Shown: positions 10,353 through 24,516, counted from the stretch's first letter. The stretch: 64,000 bases of DNA from Antedon mediterranea (GCF_964355755.1 NC_092670.1:37436388-37500387); one strand, 5' to 3'. Notes: generated by a model from the letters alone, not told the origin. Translations and numbers: made by a program.

Positions 10353-13300
10353 ATGGCTTCAAATCTAACTTTATCCTCGAGTTATAACGCCAAAATGAAT
10401 CCAGATATTCAAAATGAAAGGAACAAAGCTACATTTGATTACATTAACTTGACCTATTTAATTGACGGAAGTAAAGAAAAAACAGAAAGAAGGAGGTACA
10501 TCCGTAAGTTGACACTGTCACACTCACTCACTCTGTCTGTGTAGGCTAATAATAGATACAGTTAGAAGGTAATGTGCCGTACGTACTACTAGCCTACTAT
10601 CTATACCAACTACAATTGTAGTACAGTGTACAAAAGTATTATGCCTACTGTAGTAATAAATGCTTAGTTATAATAGAACGAGTAGGTAGTAGAACTTTAT
10701 TTATTACTTTAGCTGCTACAAAAGAATATATTTTATCCATTTAAATATTTTCATAACAAAATTGTATATATAAATAAATCGGAGTGTGTATTTGCGCTTT
10801 TTTATACTAGGCCTAATCTATTGTCGTCACGTACAGTACTCACTGCTTTTCTGTATATAAACGATCGAGTTAAAGAACAATACCATGAAAGCCCCAGAGT
10901 GGTCTAATGGTTAGGGCAACTGCATATCAAGCAGACGGTCCGAGTTCGAGTCTCGGTTGGGGCGACTTTTTCTCATTCTCCCAGATTTCCTCATCTTTAT
11001 CGTTTGCAAAAATTAATTAAATAATTTTCAGTGTATCACCGGGCGGTTTGGAATTTATTTCTATGCCTGTTGTGTTTATATATATATATAAACACATCAG
11101 GCAATGAACATTAATTCTAAACCGCCCGGTGATATACTGAAATTTAATTAATTAATTTGAAACATATATATATATATATATAATTAAATTAATTAATTAA
11201 ATTTCAGTGGGCGGTAGAGAATTAATGTTCTTTGCCTGCTTTGTTTATATAATTAAACAAATAATTGTTATAATTAATATATTATTACAGAATCACTGGT
11301 AGAAAATGATCCAGATTTTCAACACAAACCACTTGCATTCATGACTAGAGAAGAACGCTACTCAAACAGCATTCGCAAAGCAATTCTTGCAGTTAAAAAA
11401 ATGGATGCACTGGGACTGAATGATCCATGGGAAATGGAAATCTACAAAGGGTAGGAATAATACTAGTATTAAGTAGTGTTTAGTCTGGAATCAATAATCC
11501 AAATGGCACCATTAGTACTAAGGCACTTTGTTGGGCCAATCACGAGGTAACTAAGCCGAACGGCCTGAACATGACCTATTTTTAAAATATGCTGAATAAT
11601 GAATGGTTACATCCAGCACATCATCCAGCCACTGTTTAGCATCTGCAAATTTGACCCAATTCTAAAGCATGTGGATGTTAAAGTGCAGCAACACCAAAAA
11701 GCAAGTTTTTATTAGTGGCATTAAAAATAAAAACACTTTCTATATCCTACTGTATCATTTGCAGAACGTGTGATTTGCAGGTTGTATTAATAATGCAGTT
11801 TTCATTATTTATGATGGTACAGTACTGTACAGTAATTAAATACAGTATATTTTCATTTATGTGGGATTTGTTAAACTGTACCATTTGTTAGCTATATATT
11901 AATCATCCTCACCCTTTCCATTCTCATCATCATTTTCTACCACTCTTTCAACTAATCCTCTCTTTCAACTAATCCTCTCTTTCAACTAATCCTCTCATCC
12001 AGTGCAGATGTAGCCACAAGAAATAAGGAGGTGGGGTTTTCAAAGAAACAATCTCTGTTCAAGCCTCTGTTAAAAAAGTGGTCAGGTTGAAACCTTATCA
12101 TACTAGCGGCTACGGCCCTGATATCTGCAACTGTCCCCTAAAGACAATTTTTTAGGTTGTTCTATTATTGTGCAATAGTGTTGGTAGATCCATCTACAAT
12201 ATTTGCTTTTACTTGTGCAGTATTGTGTGTCTAATGTCAAAATGTTGAGAGATACGAGATAATTAAATTTGACTAACCTTTGACTCCATTGAATTGATTA
12301 TATCTTGGCTGTATAGATAAAAGTCTATAAATACTACCCACCTACAGACAGTATTTCTTTTTTTTACATATATATAATTAATTTACAAATATATTATCAT
12401 GATCAATAATACAGTACTCATAGAAAATAAACTTAGCTAATCACTAAAACTTAGATATCCTCTCTACCAACCATTTCCAATCCCTTTCAGCACCATTACA
12501 CCAACCTTGCTCATGAAACAATTGTTATTAATATTATCAAAAACTAGTGAAATTACTGTAATCAAAATACCAAGTTAGGCGACTTCAGGTTTATACTTAA
12601 TACAACACTAATGCCAACAGAAAAGTTTTAATATATTTTGTTGCAGTACAGTGAGGCAGTCTGAAACTATCAATTTGGGCCTTCACTACAGTATGTTTCT
12701 TACCACTATAAAAGAACAGATGAACGTAGATCAGCTTTCAAAATGGCTTCCACCTTGTTCTAACGCTCAGATGATTGGTACCTATGCTCAAACAGAGTTA
12801 GGCCATGGTAGGCATGTTCATTTTTGAGTGGTATTCTGTCTTTGTTGTTATATACAACATCAGAGACAGAAATCTAGCTATACATCAAATCCAATTGAAT
12901 ACGAATGTCGCCAAGAAGTAAGTATTGCTCACAAAAGCATGAGATACCTGAAGGTACCTGTGAACTTCTTTCAATGTCGGAGCCACAATTGTTCATTTTT
13001 TATGCTGCTGTAAATCCCATTCTAATCGTAGTCATCCTGTTGAGTTGAAATACTGCCAATGTTTTCGAAATACAAGAACTAAGGTCAAAAGTGACTGATG
13101 ATGCAGTTATAAAGTATAAATTTCATAAATCCACTGCCAATGAATAAATGTTTTTTCTATACTTTTCTACAGTACAAATTACAATAAAATTCATAACACA
13201 ATACAGATACAAAAGATCATTTTACAGTAAATCAACACTTTTCTACAAAGGTTATCCATTTGAACAAAAGAACAGGAGTGTGTAGTCAGTCATTATTGTT

Positions 13301-16300
13301 GCATGTTTTGGTTGGTTCTTCACTGGAAATCTTGCTGGAAATATATTTTTAATTTGTTAGTGATATTCTTACATTGATTTACATCATGTGATGTTCCTAA
13401 CTTATACTAGTGTTAATTACAATTCATAAATGAGTAGGTTATTGGGGTGTTTAGGAGTTGCGATTAGATAAATCGTTAAGATAAATACTATAGAACCAAT
13501 TACTGTGTACCACAACTTATTTAACATTGGTTTAATAGAAATTGTAACAAAAAATATGGTTACACTTTTAAGATACCGGTAGGTACTGCAGGTCATAATA
13601 ATCAACTACAAATTACCAAGTCATCCTAACAAACATACCCATGACCTGATAACAATTATTGTATTATTTGATAAGATACTGTCGTGTATAAATTTAATTT
13701 TTGTCTGTGTACTACTTAAGTAATGAGATTAAGTCAATTTTACTTTACTTGACTTGTGTTCAAATGTCGCCTTATAAATTACTAATTTACTGTTACTAAT
13801 GTTTTGTAAAATATACAATTTACAAAAATAAATACTGCATAAATATGAATTAATTTGTTTTGATGATAATCTGTAAAGATATCATTTTTCTCAGTTTTTG
13901 TACATTTTAAATAATATTTAGTGAGTATGATCTTGTTTGTTGTAAAAGTTGCTCAATTTTTTGTTAATAATAATTCTGCTTAATTTCGGTTTAACTGTAC
14001 AAAAATAATTTGACACCATCCCATAATTATATCCTGCAGTGCAGCCAATCGTTCCGAGGATCCCTCTCTTACGCTCCACGCCAGTATGTTCTTGCACGCA
14101 ATTATAAACCAAATGGATACAGACCAACAGGCTAAGTGGTCAGAACAAACCTTTGGTTATACAATAATAGGAACCTATGCGCAAACAGAAATGGGACATG
14201 GTATGTTATTAGATCTATCTATATGTTTGTGGTGTTCATTGTTCCTTATTAATTTACTTTGTTTTAACAATTCAGTAAAATTGTGCATTTTTTTTAAAAG
14301 TTATTTTATTTCTGTTGGATAGTTTTCTAAGCATCCTTTGTTATTTTTTTTTTGACATGCACACCTTGTTCATTATACTGCACATTAACAATTTACCATA
14401 ACATACTTAAATAAATTATTATATTTTCTTTTTATCCATGTTGAATTATCCTATTAAAAACTGTGTGAAAAGTTTTAAATGCGTTTGCTCTTATTAATGT
14501 TACTGTAACATCACGCTACTTTTGATCTTGGTTGAAAAACATTTTTTTTATATACTGTCTACTATATATTTTTTTAAAGTATATATTTATTAAACTTTCC
14601 CAAAAAGGTACACATCTTCGTGGTCTGGAAACCACTGCAACCTTTGACCCAAAAACGAATGAATTTGTGCTTCATAGTCCAACATTGTCATCAATTAAGT
14701 GGTGGCCAGGAAATTGTAAGTACAGTACCTATGTTTTGTATAAAAATAATAAGCAATTTTTCTCACCTCGTACATGTTGCCTTTGTTGATTCAAATCAAC
14801 AGGATGCTAAGCAAAGCAAAGGAGATCAAATGGTTTGTCAAGTACTCACATGCACGTTGAAAAAAGTCTCTTCACTGTACAGCAACGAACTTGTGTAAAT
14901 GAAAAAAATCTTTTCACACTTTTTGCACCTCCCAAAACTTACAGCTGTTATTTAATTTTGTTAGTGGGAAAGACAGTGACACATGCAGCTGTTGCAGCTC
15001 AGTTGTACAGCCAAGGAAAATGCCACGGTGTCCATATGTTTATGGTGCAACTAAGAAGCCTGGAAGATCATCAGCCACTACCAGGTAAAAGTATATATTT
15101 AAATAATAATAGTTTAAAATTTGCAGTAGTATCTCTCAATATTCCATTGAACATAGTAAATAAAGTGAATATATAACTGTAAACTTGAATCTTAAATCAA
15201 GTTTTACATTGTTTTTAATAATAATAGGTATTGAGCTTGGAGATATTGGACCTAAACTGGGGTATAGCAACATTGATAATGGATTTCTACGATTAAAAAA
15301 TTATCGCATTCCATATGATAATATGTTTATGAAATATTCTAAGGTAATTTTTTTCTTATTACAGTATAATTCTCTAATAATACTATACATTTACTACCTA
15401 ATTTCAGAAAGCCTGCTAAAGTAGTTTACATCAGTTTTTTTAGCAATTTAGTTATAATATGCTTATTGCATTTTAGGTTCAGAGAGATGGTACTTACGTC
15501 AAACCCCCTCGTGCTAAACTGACGTATGGCAGTATGGTATTGATACGCAGCTTTATTGTTGGTAGCATGGGAGCTCAGTTAGCAAAGGGCGCCACCATCA
15601 GTATAAGATACAGTGCAGTTCGAAGGCAGTCTGAAATGGAATTGGGGTAAGACAATGTAAATTATGGTGTTTTTCTCCGGCAATAAGAGTTTTCAAAATT
15701 GAATACTTTAGGACCAAAGTGTATTATTAGTCTATACCTACATTTATTCCAAATGTGGAGCCTCTGTGGTTATACAGTACCTGTTTCAGTGACTACATCT
15801 TATATTATTTTCCTCTTGTCTATAGAGCACAGGAGCCTCAAGTATTGGACTTCCAGAGTCAACAGTTGAAATTACTTCCATACCTAGCCACAGCCTATGC
15901 CTTCATCTTCGCTGGAAAAAAGATGAAAGATACATACATTCAAAGTTCTAATGCCATCAGTGAAGGAGATTTTAGTGTAATGCCCGAGGTAAGTAATTAT
16001 AGGATTGAATATAGAGATTTAGTCTTAACTAAGACCAACAGTCTGATGTAAAACTGCTAGTTTACACTATATACTGTAATAACATATTGTAATATTACTG
16101 TAATTAAATATTGTAATATTACTGTAATTACATATTGTATTATTACTGTAATTACATACTGTAATATTACTGTAATTACACACTGTAATATTACTGTAAT
16201 TACATACTGTAATATTACTGTAATTACATATTGTAATATTACTGTAATTACATACTGTAATATTACTGTAATTATAGAACTGCCAAAACTAAGTTTGTAT

Positions 16301-19115
16301 TGTATGTTATAATAATTAATAGTTACACTATCTTACCTGAAATTTGATGTTTGTCATACAGGTTGCTTTTCAGATTATTAGAGAGACATTTGTAAAAGGT
16401 CTTTTTATTTGGTCTTTTTGTCAAATAAGTTTAGCAATGTAGAATTACATATACTGTATGTAATAAATGATGATATTAAACGGTGTTCATTTTTGTTTAG
16501 TTGCATGCCACATCTGCTGGTCTAAAGGCATTTACATCTTGGGTAGCCAATGAGGGACTAGAAATTCAACGCATGTCATGTGGAGGACATGGCTACTCAC
16601 AAGCCAGTGGTTTTCCTGAGCTATATGCCACCACTGTCCCAGCATGCACATATGAAGGTGAAAACACTGTTATGATGTTACAGACAGCAAGGTATTATTT
16701 TCATCATTTTCTCTGTGATATCGCATACAGTTTAGTCTAGCCTGGGAAAAGGTGGCTCGTTTTTATTCATTTAAATGTCTATAAATACAAATATATAATG
16801 TCAGTATTGATCTTCAATTGCTTTTAGGTTTTTGATGAAGTGCATGACCAGGGCTAGTAATGGAGAGAAGTTACACGGAGCATGTTCTTATATGAGTGAA
16901 AGGGTGCCTAGCAGAAGCCAGGCCTCCAGCTTGGAGCACTTCTTAAATAATAATTTCATCATTCAGGCCTATAAACACAGGGCTTATAGGTATTTTGTAC
17001 TTTGTTGTGTATATTAGGAAGTAAATCGAATTGAAAAATACATTTAGAAGCATTGAATATTCCTACATCTGTACACTATTTAAGGCAATCCTTGAAACTC
17101 CAAGGCACTATGTAAATGTATATGGGAAGTAACCAGCGACTTTGCAGCCTACTGGGCTGAATTGCGTACAGGTGTGGATGACACATGCCACAACTTTACC
17201 ACCAGAACAATCGTCCTGAACCGGTTTGCGGCCCCTGCCTCAACCCCTCAGCGACTGGATATCTGGAGATTTTAGGGTAATCATGGAAACTCACAGGCAA
17301 TCTCCAGAGACTTCAACTTCTTCTGGATATATTAAAGTATTACTTGCATACAAATGTCTACCATACTCTATTTCAGAATGGCCACTGCTGCTGCAATGTC
17401 AGTACAAGAACAACTTAAGAAGGATAAACCCCATCATGAAGCGTGGAACAACAGTCATTTCCATTTACTGAAGGCTAGTGAGGTAAATTTTTAGAAATGT
17501 TTAGTTAACACTTAATGGACCACTTCTGGAACCAGCTATCAGTTCAAGATTTGTATTGGTCCACTTTAAAATGTAAATTTGTTTTGCTTGCTATAATTAA
17601 GAACAAAGAAAAATACCTCAAAATTGAAAAAAGGTCTATTAAATACTGTTAAAATGCAGATCTGTAATTCGTAGATAAAGAAGCTCTATTCTGTGTTTAT
17701 TTGGACTTTAAAAAGATACCACTGGAAGGGAATGTCTTTTGTCAGCATCATGTAAGATATAGACAGTGTACATACAGACTGTAAGATATAGACAGTGTAC
17801 ATACAGACTGTAATTTGGGTAATTTGAGAGCTGTTTAATGCAAGGGGTCTTTCAAGGCCGTAGCGAGAAGTTAAAAACAGACAATGCGAAGAAGCTTTAA
17901 ATGTAATCATTAAGATAAAATATGACGATCTGTGCTGGGAAATTGGGGTGGTAGTGACAATTGAACATTTCAGACGAGGCGCTCGCCTCATGCTTGTTAC
18001 GGCCTTGTTTTCAAATGTTGAGCTTTTATTTTTTGTACTATAGGCCCACTGCCATCTGTACATTGTCAACAACTTCTATGAGTATGTTATGGAGTCTGAT
18101 ACTCCTCCTTCTGTCAAGGACGTTACGCTTACGTTGTTCCATTTGTACGCCCTTCATGGAATTAGCTCAAAGAAAGGAGATTTCTTGCATGTAAGTATCA
18201 AGTTTCCTATAAACCAGACACTCTTTTATTGTATGTATTCTTATTCTTTTTTTTTATTGCCAATCATAAAACAACAAACAAACTACAAAGTAAGTTGCAG
18301 GAAACACAAAAGGGAAATAAATCCCTAAGACAAGAACCTGTGTAACCCTCTTACCGAGTATTACATCAAGATAAAATACAGCATTTCAATAAATATATCA
18401 CAAAATATCCACACAAAAAAAATATCAAAAAATCATTCATAAAAATACAAAAGCAAAGGAGGATTCGTTATTCATATTTTTTTTTATTGTAGGATGGATA
18501 TTTCAATGGTAATCAGATAGACCTTGTCGAGAAACAGATTATTCAACTCATTGCCAAACTCCGACCAAACTGTTTGGCTCTTGTTGATGCTTTTGATTTT
18601 AGTGACACGATCCTTGACTCTGTTCTAGGTCGTTACGACGGCAACGTTTATGAGAATTTGTACAAGTGGGCAAAGTCTTGCCCTATGAACAAAAAAGAGG
18701 TAAGAAATTTACTGTAAACCAAATAAAGGCATACTGGAGTGGAGTTGTGACTTGGTGGTTATGATGTTTGGCTACCAATCTAAGCATTTAAGTCCTGTCA
18801 TGTCAGGATTTTTTCAAATTCTAATGAAAAATGGCAAATTACAACTCCACTCCCAATAAAGACTTGTAATACGACTTTGTTTATGTAGAGCATCAGCATC
18901 TTGTGTATGTGAACAGGATTGCCACCCTTAGGGATAGTGAATGAATTCGATTATGTTTATCCTTGGCAATTTGCCTAAATATGTAAACAAAACAAACTTA
19001 GTTCATTTTCAACACATTTTTAGTTCAATTTTTTTGGATTTTTTTTCTATAGGTTCCAGATGCTTATGGAAAGTATATTAAACCGTTCCTGATGGAAAAC
19101 AGATCTAAACTGTAG
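10353..19115 (+). CDS. ACOX1: Peroxisomal acyl-CoA oxidase 1, 14 exons per transcript with duplicated exon 3
   Basis: Exons: 10353-10503, 11291-11450, [12647-12807 or 14040-14200], 14608-14715, 14965-15084, 15228-15343, 15477-15646, 15826-15988, 16501-16691, 16828-16989, 17377-17482, 18044-18190, 18493-18699, 19053-19115. Motifs GTYAQTE.GHG, KWWPG, CGGHGY and TYEGEN (catalytic Glu); C-terminal PTS1 SKL*. Confidence 0.96.
10891..10964 (+). tRNA. tRNA-like sequence (Asp-like, ATC), probably a SINE head or pseudo-tRNA
   Basis: Acceptor stem GCCCCAG/TTGGGGC, A box TGGTCTAATGG, T arm CCGAG-TTCGAGT-CTCGG, anticodon arm CTGC-ATATCAA-GCAG. The D stem is imperfect, and a repeat-like tail follows. Confidence 0.55.
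12647..12807 (+). CDS. ACOX1: ACOX1 alternative exon 3a (161 nt)
   Basis: ttgcag|...catg|gtaggc; encodes [54 protein letters not shown]. Confidence 0.92.
14040..14200 (+). CDS. ACOX1: ACOX1 alternative exon 3b (161 nt)
   Basis: ctgcag|...catg|gtatgt; encodes [54 protein letters not shown]. Confidence 0.92.
16070..16275. repeat. 24-bp minisatellite, ~8 copies
   Basis: Unit tgtaatattactgtaattacatac, in ACOX1 intron 8. Confidence 0.9.
18735..18990 (+). mobile_element. Degenerate SINE-like repeat; related copy at ~290-400
   Basis: Shares ttacaactc..ctccca..aagacttgtaata.gactttgt...gtagagcatc with 298-350; weak tRNA A-box-like head. Confidence 0.5.
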
Positions 19116-20619
19116 GAGAAGCAGGAAACAGATATAATGCTTTGGAAATACATTGCTTTCTTTTCCTAGCAGCTGTTTATTTTATAACTGAAAAATAACT
19201 ACTAGCCATGTGTTAATACTGAAATAAATAAAATGCTATATATTGTATAAGATAAATATTGTATCCTAAAAATGTCGGGTAAAATAAAATAATGTTTAAA
19301 AGCAATTTATGTATATAAATCATAGTAAATTAAAGAAAAAAAAGCACAGAGATGAAATTCTAAAACTGCCTACAGATAATCCTGTACAATATTGAAAAAA
19401 GTACAATATATAATTTCTTAAATTGAGACTCAAACTCTGGTGCTAAATAATTTAACAATTTTTAAATGACTTTCTAATGTAATTAATAAAAATAATGTAT
19501 ATGTTGGGAGACAAGTCATCATTTAAAAATGCTATGCAACCTTTGATCTTTCTTTTTATAGGCATTTACTTTAACTTGTATTGGACAAATATTTTAGGAT
19601 AAAGTGAAACATTCATTAAATATGTATGTACATCAATGAAATAAGTAGTAGAAAATCCAAATTTCACAATCTAAAGCATATTTTCTGCTATTTTAAAGTT
19701 AATTTTTTTGGGAAATTGTCAAGGATAATGACAAATAATTTTTTGTTTGAACTAATGAATAATTTGAAACAAATATACTATGGTAATACTGTATTATAAT
19801 AAGTTTACTATTAAATCCAACAGCTGATAATGTTGTGTTTTGAATGTTTCACCAAAATAATAATGTACAGCTCAATTGGAATAAAATATACTAAATAAAT
19901 GAAAGGAATATATTAATGATAATACATTATGTATTTGATGGTTCATTTCGGATTTATATTTGTTTCAAGCATATCAAGGCTTCATTAAGTTTTCTATGAA
20001 ATATTTATCATTAAATAAAATGAAACAAAAATGGCGACTTATTAGTAGGTAAATAAATTTCAAATTTTGTTTAAATGTGCCGTAGGGCCCCTCGGAAGAG
20101 CAGTTTTATTTTATTACTGAGAGGGCTACCCTACTGAAAGAAAACGAAATAAATAAATAAATAAATAAATAGCCTACTACTTTAGTACTACAGACTCTAT
20201 ATAGTACTTTACTGATGTTTACTGTATTTATTTGAATTGAAGGAATACTTTAGGCCTATCTAAATCTAAAATTTAGGCCTAAAGAATAACTTTCTTTCGA
20301 AGCACTACATACCTTGTATGTTGTACTTCACAGGTTTCTAATTTACTTAGCAAGACCGGCCATCGTCACACACCGGTGGCTGCTGCAGACAACCAGAAAG
20401 AGAGACACACGTGCTTGGTTTTGGAGCTAGCTAACTTACATACATACCTTATTCAGTTGATCTTATATTAAAAGTATACTACTTGGTTAATCCTGGCGTA
20501 ATAATTACCAAGTACGTTGTCTTTGTATTAACAAAAGTAGTTTCCGAGTCACGAATCTGGAAATTTAAGTATGAACTTCTACACCAATCAGCAGTGCAAC
20601 CGCCGAAGAAGACAGTGGT

Positions 20620-20867
20620 AGTTCATTGACGCATGCGCAATTCTCGACGGAAAGGTAAAAATAAAAAACATCCTATAAAATCCTTGGTATAATTACAAGA
20701 AATATAAGCTGAGCTTGACCTATATGAAAAAAAAAAAAAACACGCAAAAAATGTTTAAAAGTGTTTAGCTTTATTTATCTCTTTATCCTTCTTTTCCACA
20801 CGTCATACGTCATACACCGCATGCGCAGAGAGGTGTAGGAGGAGAAACTACTACACTAGGCCTGAAA
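20620..20867 (+). promoter_or_regulatory. RBM45 proximal promoter
   Basis: Two NRF1-type CGCATGCGCA motifs (~20630, ~20818) and tandem ACGTCA half-CREs (~20800), in a CpG-richer island just upstream of the ATG. Confidence 0.6.
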
Positions 20868-23800
20868 ATGGCGTACGACGGGGGTTCTTCTTGGGAATAC
20901 GGAGGTGGTTCGAGGGGTGGAAGTGGGGGATCTGCTCCAAGGGTGAGAAATGACCATCCGACTAACAGTAGAATATTCATTGTTTGTGGTAAAAATCAAG
21001 ACGAAGATTCTCTTAGAACTCACTTTGACAAGTATGGTTCAATTGAAGATGTCTACGTTGTCAAAGACAAGGTAACGAAGCAGAACAAAGGTGCGTAACG
21101 TAGTGTGTGGAAGGTAGATTGTAGCCTGGCTGGTCGTTTCGGCCTTTTTTTGGATGATTTATTAAATTATTCAATCACAATGTTTAAGAATTGTTCGTAC
21201 CTGAAATTTGCATAAATTAATTAGTATTTTATTTTTATTTATAGTAGCAGTGTAAACGACTCTTATATTTTAAATTATTATTTAGGCTATATTAATTTTA
21301 TTGTTCAATATTGAATAGGCCTAGGCCTAGTAATAATAATGTAGATTAATCTGTAAAACTAATTATAATTACTGTAATAATAATATAAGAACAATTTAAA
21401 TTACTCTTTTCTATAAATACAGGAGTTGCATATATCAAATATTCAAAGGCCTCTGAGGCATGTCTAGCACTGGAAGGCCTGGATGGAAGATCCATTGGTA
21501 ACGATCCACGCCCATTGAAGGTTTGTTCATGGAGACATATGGTTGGATAATGTCGTTACAAAAATGCTATTCAACAGGCCAGTGGTTATGTTTTGTTTTG
21601 GTAGTAATAATCATTCATGTAGCCAAACTTTCTTTACCAAAGAAAAATATCCCTTGAATTCAATAAATAAAGACATATGGCCCAAAATATTTGCCAATCT
21701 AGCATTGATCGTATCGTGTCAGCCATTATCGACATTATCCAACCATATTGGCTGTTTGAATAACCACTTCCATAGAATAAACAGATATTATCAGATGGTT
21801 AATAAATATTTTATTTAAATGTTAAGATATCTTTAGTAATATATATTTTTGTTACAAATTTCTAATTGTTCCTATACAGGTTATGATAGCCAACTCACGA
21901 TATTCAACAACGCATCGTGATATTGATGAAACGGAAGAATTGATGAGGCTTTTCATCATTGTGCCCAAAGCATACACAGAGGAGCAGATAGAAAAAAGTT
22001 TTGAAAGTAGGCCTAAGCTCTGTTTATTTACTATCAAAAAATGTTTTTTATTTCATATACTACAATAAAAGTCTGTCTACACTATCAAACTAGTTTGACA
22101 AAAAAAGTGTGACGTGCCCAATAACATGGTAGTGATATGACACCATATAATGGGCACATCACTTTTGTTTGTCAAATAAAGTTTGATAGTGTAGACAGAG
22201 CTTAAGGCCAAGATTTGTTAGAGAAGCAATCTTTTTCATTCAATTTTCTTTGAACATCTTTAGGTTTTGGTGAAATAGACCGTGTCACATTGGTACGTGA
22301 TCGGCATACAGGAGATCCTAAAGGATTTGCGTATGTAAAATTTCGGAAGGCATCAGGGGCAGCTCTTGCTATGGAGAACTGTGACAAAAGTGAGTTCTAT
22401 TGTTGTTTTCTGTGAATAACATATCACATCTTCTTCTATGAATATGACTCCTATCTATCATACAATCACGTTTTTACCTTAATTGTTTTCTGTAAATAAC
22501 ATTATCACATCCTCTATGAATATGACTTTCATAACTATATTTATTATCAATCATATTTTTATCTTTACATTATACAATGTTTTTATTTATAGGTTTCAAG
22601 CCAATATATGCACAACCTAAACATGCTAAGCAAGCACCATCACAGTCACCAAGAGACAGTTACAGTGGCTACAACAACCAAGCCCACTCTATGAGCTCTT
22701 TCTTTGATGGTGGTGGAAGACGAGGTTAGTGTAGATATTGTTAATATGGACTCAGTTTGCAGTTAATAATCCTGTAAAAATTGCATTTGGAGTGTTAACT
22801 GTTATGAAATGTCTGTGTTGATGGGCAGATCCAAAGGGGGGAGGGGAGGCCAGTCGGCCTGGGGCCCACTAAATTTTGGAAATTGTAATGCAAAAGATAG
22901 GACATCATATTAATCTCAGCCCTTCATTTTCCCTTTTTATGACCTGGGCCCCGCTATTTCTGAATCCTGGATCCGCCACTGGTGTCGGTGGCTCAAACTA
23001 CTTCATTGCACATGCAAGTCTTGCAGTTGTCCATTAACTGATTTTCGTTTTTTTTCTTATACAGACTACTATGGAACCAGTATGTCGCCCCCTGCTGAGT
23101 CTTATAGTAACTCATCCACATCATCAAAACTACATGTGTGGGTTGATGGGTCTGTGTCACAGGACCAGCTTAGACGTCTTTTTGACTTAGTTCCTGGAAT
23201 GGATTATTGTGATCTGAGACAAGAGAATATGGAAAGGGGAAGAAAAGGTTTGTACCTTAGAGATATGGTAGGCTTACTGACCAAGCCTTTTTGTCACATG
23301 ATGCTCAGACGTAATGCTGCCGTAATTGGCTGCCGGTGTCACGATGTGACCCTTAGGGAAGAAGAATTTTGTTAAAAAGGTGTAACATCTAAGTCCGCAA
23401 CACTCTGATTTTCATGAAATTTGCATTTGCCAATAATTTGTAGCTTGTGTAATTTAATGGTTGAATCTCGACCCTTTATAGGATTTGCACATGTACGATA
23501 TGGAACATCTGCATCAGCTCTTTATGCAAAACAGAAACTGGATGGATTTGAATATCCACCTGGGTGCCCGATGACAGTAAGGCTCGAGGATGAACCAGCT
23601 AGAGGCTTTCAAAGGTTTGTACATTCATTCTTTCTGTATTGTTATCAATGATCATGCTAAATCAAGGCTGATTATTTAAAAAATAGTTAAAGAACATGTT
23701 TCGTCCATTGATGCCAAATATGTAAATAATGCTTACTTTTGACATGTTTTCTTAGCGTCTATGACTACCGGCATTCAGGTAATCTAAGTTCAGTCCCTGA

Positions 23801-24516
23801 GGGAATAGTGAGGCAAGGCTTTGGAGGCGAAGGCTCACCTACCTGCTCTGTCAGTCTACCACCAACGCAACCACTTTTGTCCAATGATAAGTAAGACAGA
23901 TTCAGAAGTACAGTACTATGTTGGTACAGTAGTAGAAAGCACTGTACAGTATTAGTAAAATCTCTACATGAATATATATTATCTAAGATGGAAAAGCATA
24001 ATAAAAAAGGCAAAGGAAATTGATATAATAGTATAGTAAATATAATAAAATTAATTACTTAGCAGTAATATTAGTGTACATTTTTATAGTTTCAATATAC
24101 GAGTACATGGCATATACTCTTTGATTTGTTTTTTTTAGTGAGGTTGCTCAGCGTCTGTTTATAGTGTGTAACCCACGCGGTGTTCAAGATTACATATTGA
24201 AGGATACTTTCTGCCGATTTGGACACCTTATTGATTGTTATATGTTGCCAGGACGGAATTATGGTTACGCAAAATACGCAAGTAAGCTAAACAGTGTTTT
24301 ACCTGTGAAATGGTTACAAAAAATTATTTTAAAAGAAGCTAAACAAATTTAAAACTTACAAGCACAAATATTCTGTTACTGTATTCTTTATCAGATCGTG
24401 ATTCGGCTTTAGAAGCTATGAAAATATTGCATGGTCAAGAATTGTCCGGTCAAAGATTGAAGGTCATGGAAGCAGACCCAAATGAAGAGCAGCGAAAGCG
24501 ACCACGTGTTAACTAA
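20868..24516 (+). CDS. RBM45: RNA-binding protein 45 (three RRMs plus homo-oligomer assembly domain)
   Basis: Exons: 20868-21090, 21423-21520, 21880-22006, 22264-22389, 22593-22724, 23065-23247, 23482-23614, 23756-23890, 24139-24281, 24395-24516. Motifs NSRIFIVCGK, RLFIIVPK, KGFAYVKF, LFDLVPGMDYCDL, KLDGFEYPPG, RLFIVCNP and NYGYAKYA; C-terminal basic NLS RKRPR. Confidence 0.93.
22069..22202. mobile_element. Harbinger/Tourist-like MITE family A
   Basis: TIRs tctgtctacactatcaaact / agtttgatagtgtagacagagct, followed by TAA. Confidence 0.85.
22822..22981. mobile_element. hAT-like MITE remnant
   Basis: gggcagatcca...tggatccgccactg termini with G-runs; related heads at ~4526 and ~24851. Confidence 0.55.

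Noticed and set aside
10891-10964. Functional tRNA-Asp gene
   Set aside because: The ATC anticodon is atypical, the D and anticodon stems are imperfect, and it is attached to a repeat tail; more likely a SINE head.
11857-14030. Docking/selector pairing for the ACOX1 exon 3 choice (ttatgtgggatttgttaaa versus tttgacaccatcccataa)
   Set aside because: Short, bulged and AT-rich, so not distinguishable from chance without comparative data. The frameshift alone can enforce exclusivity.
20300-20460. Minus-strand donor-like sites suggesting a divergent lncRNA from the RBM45 promoter
   Set aside because: Only isolated AG|GTATGT matches, with no exon chain that can be supported from sequence alone.
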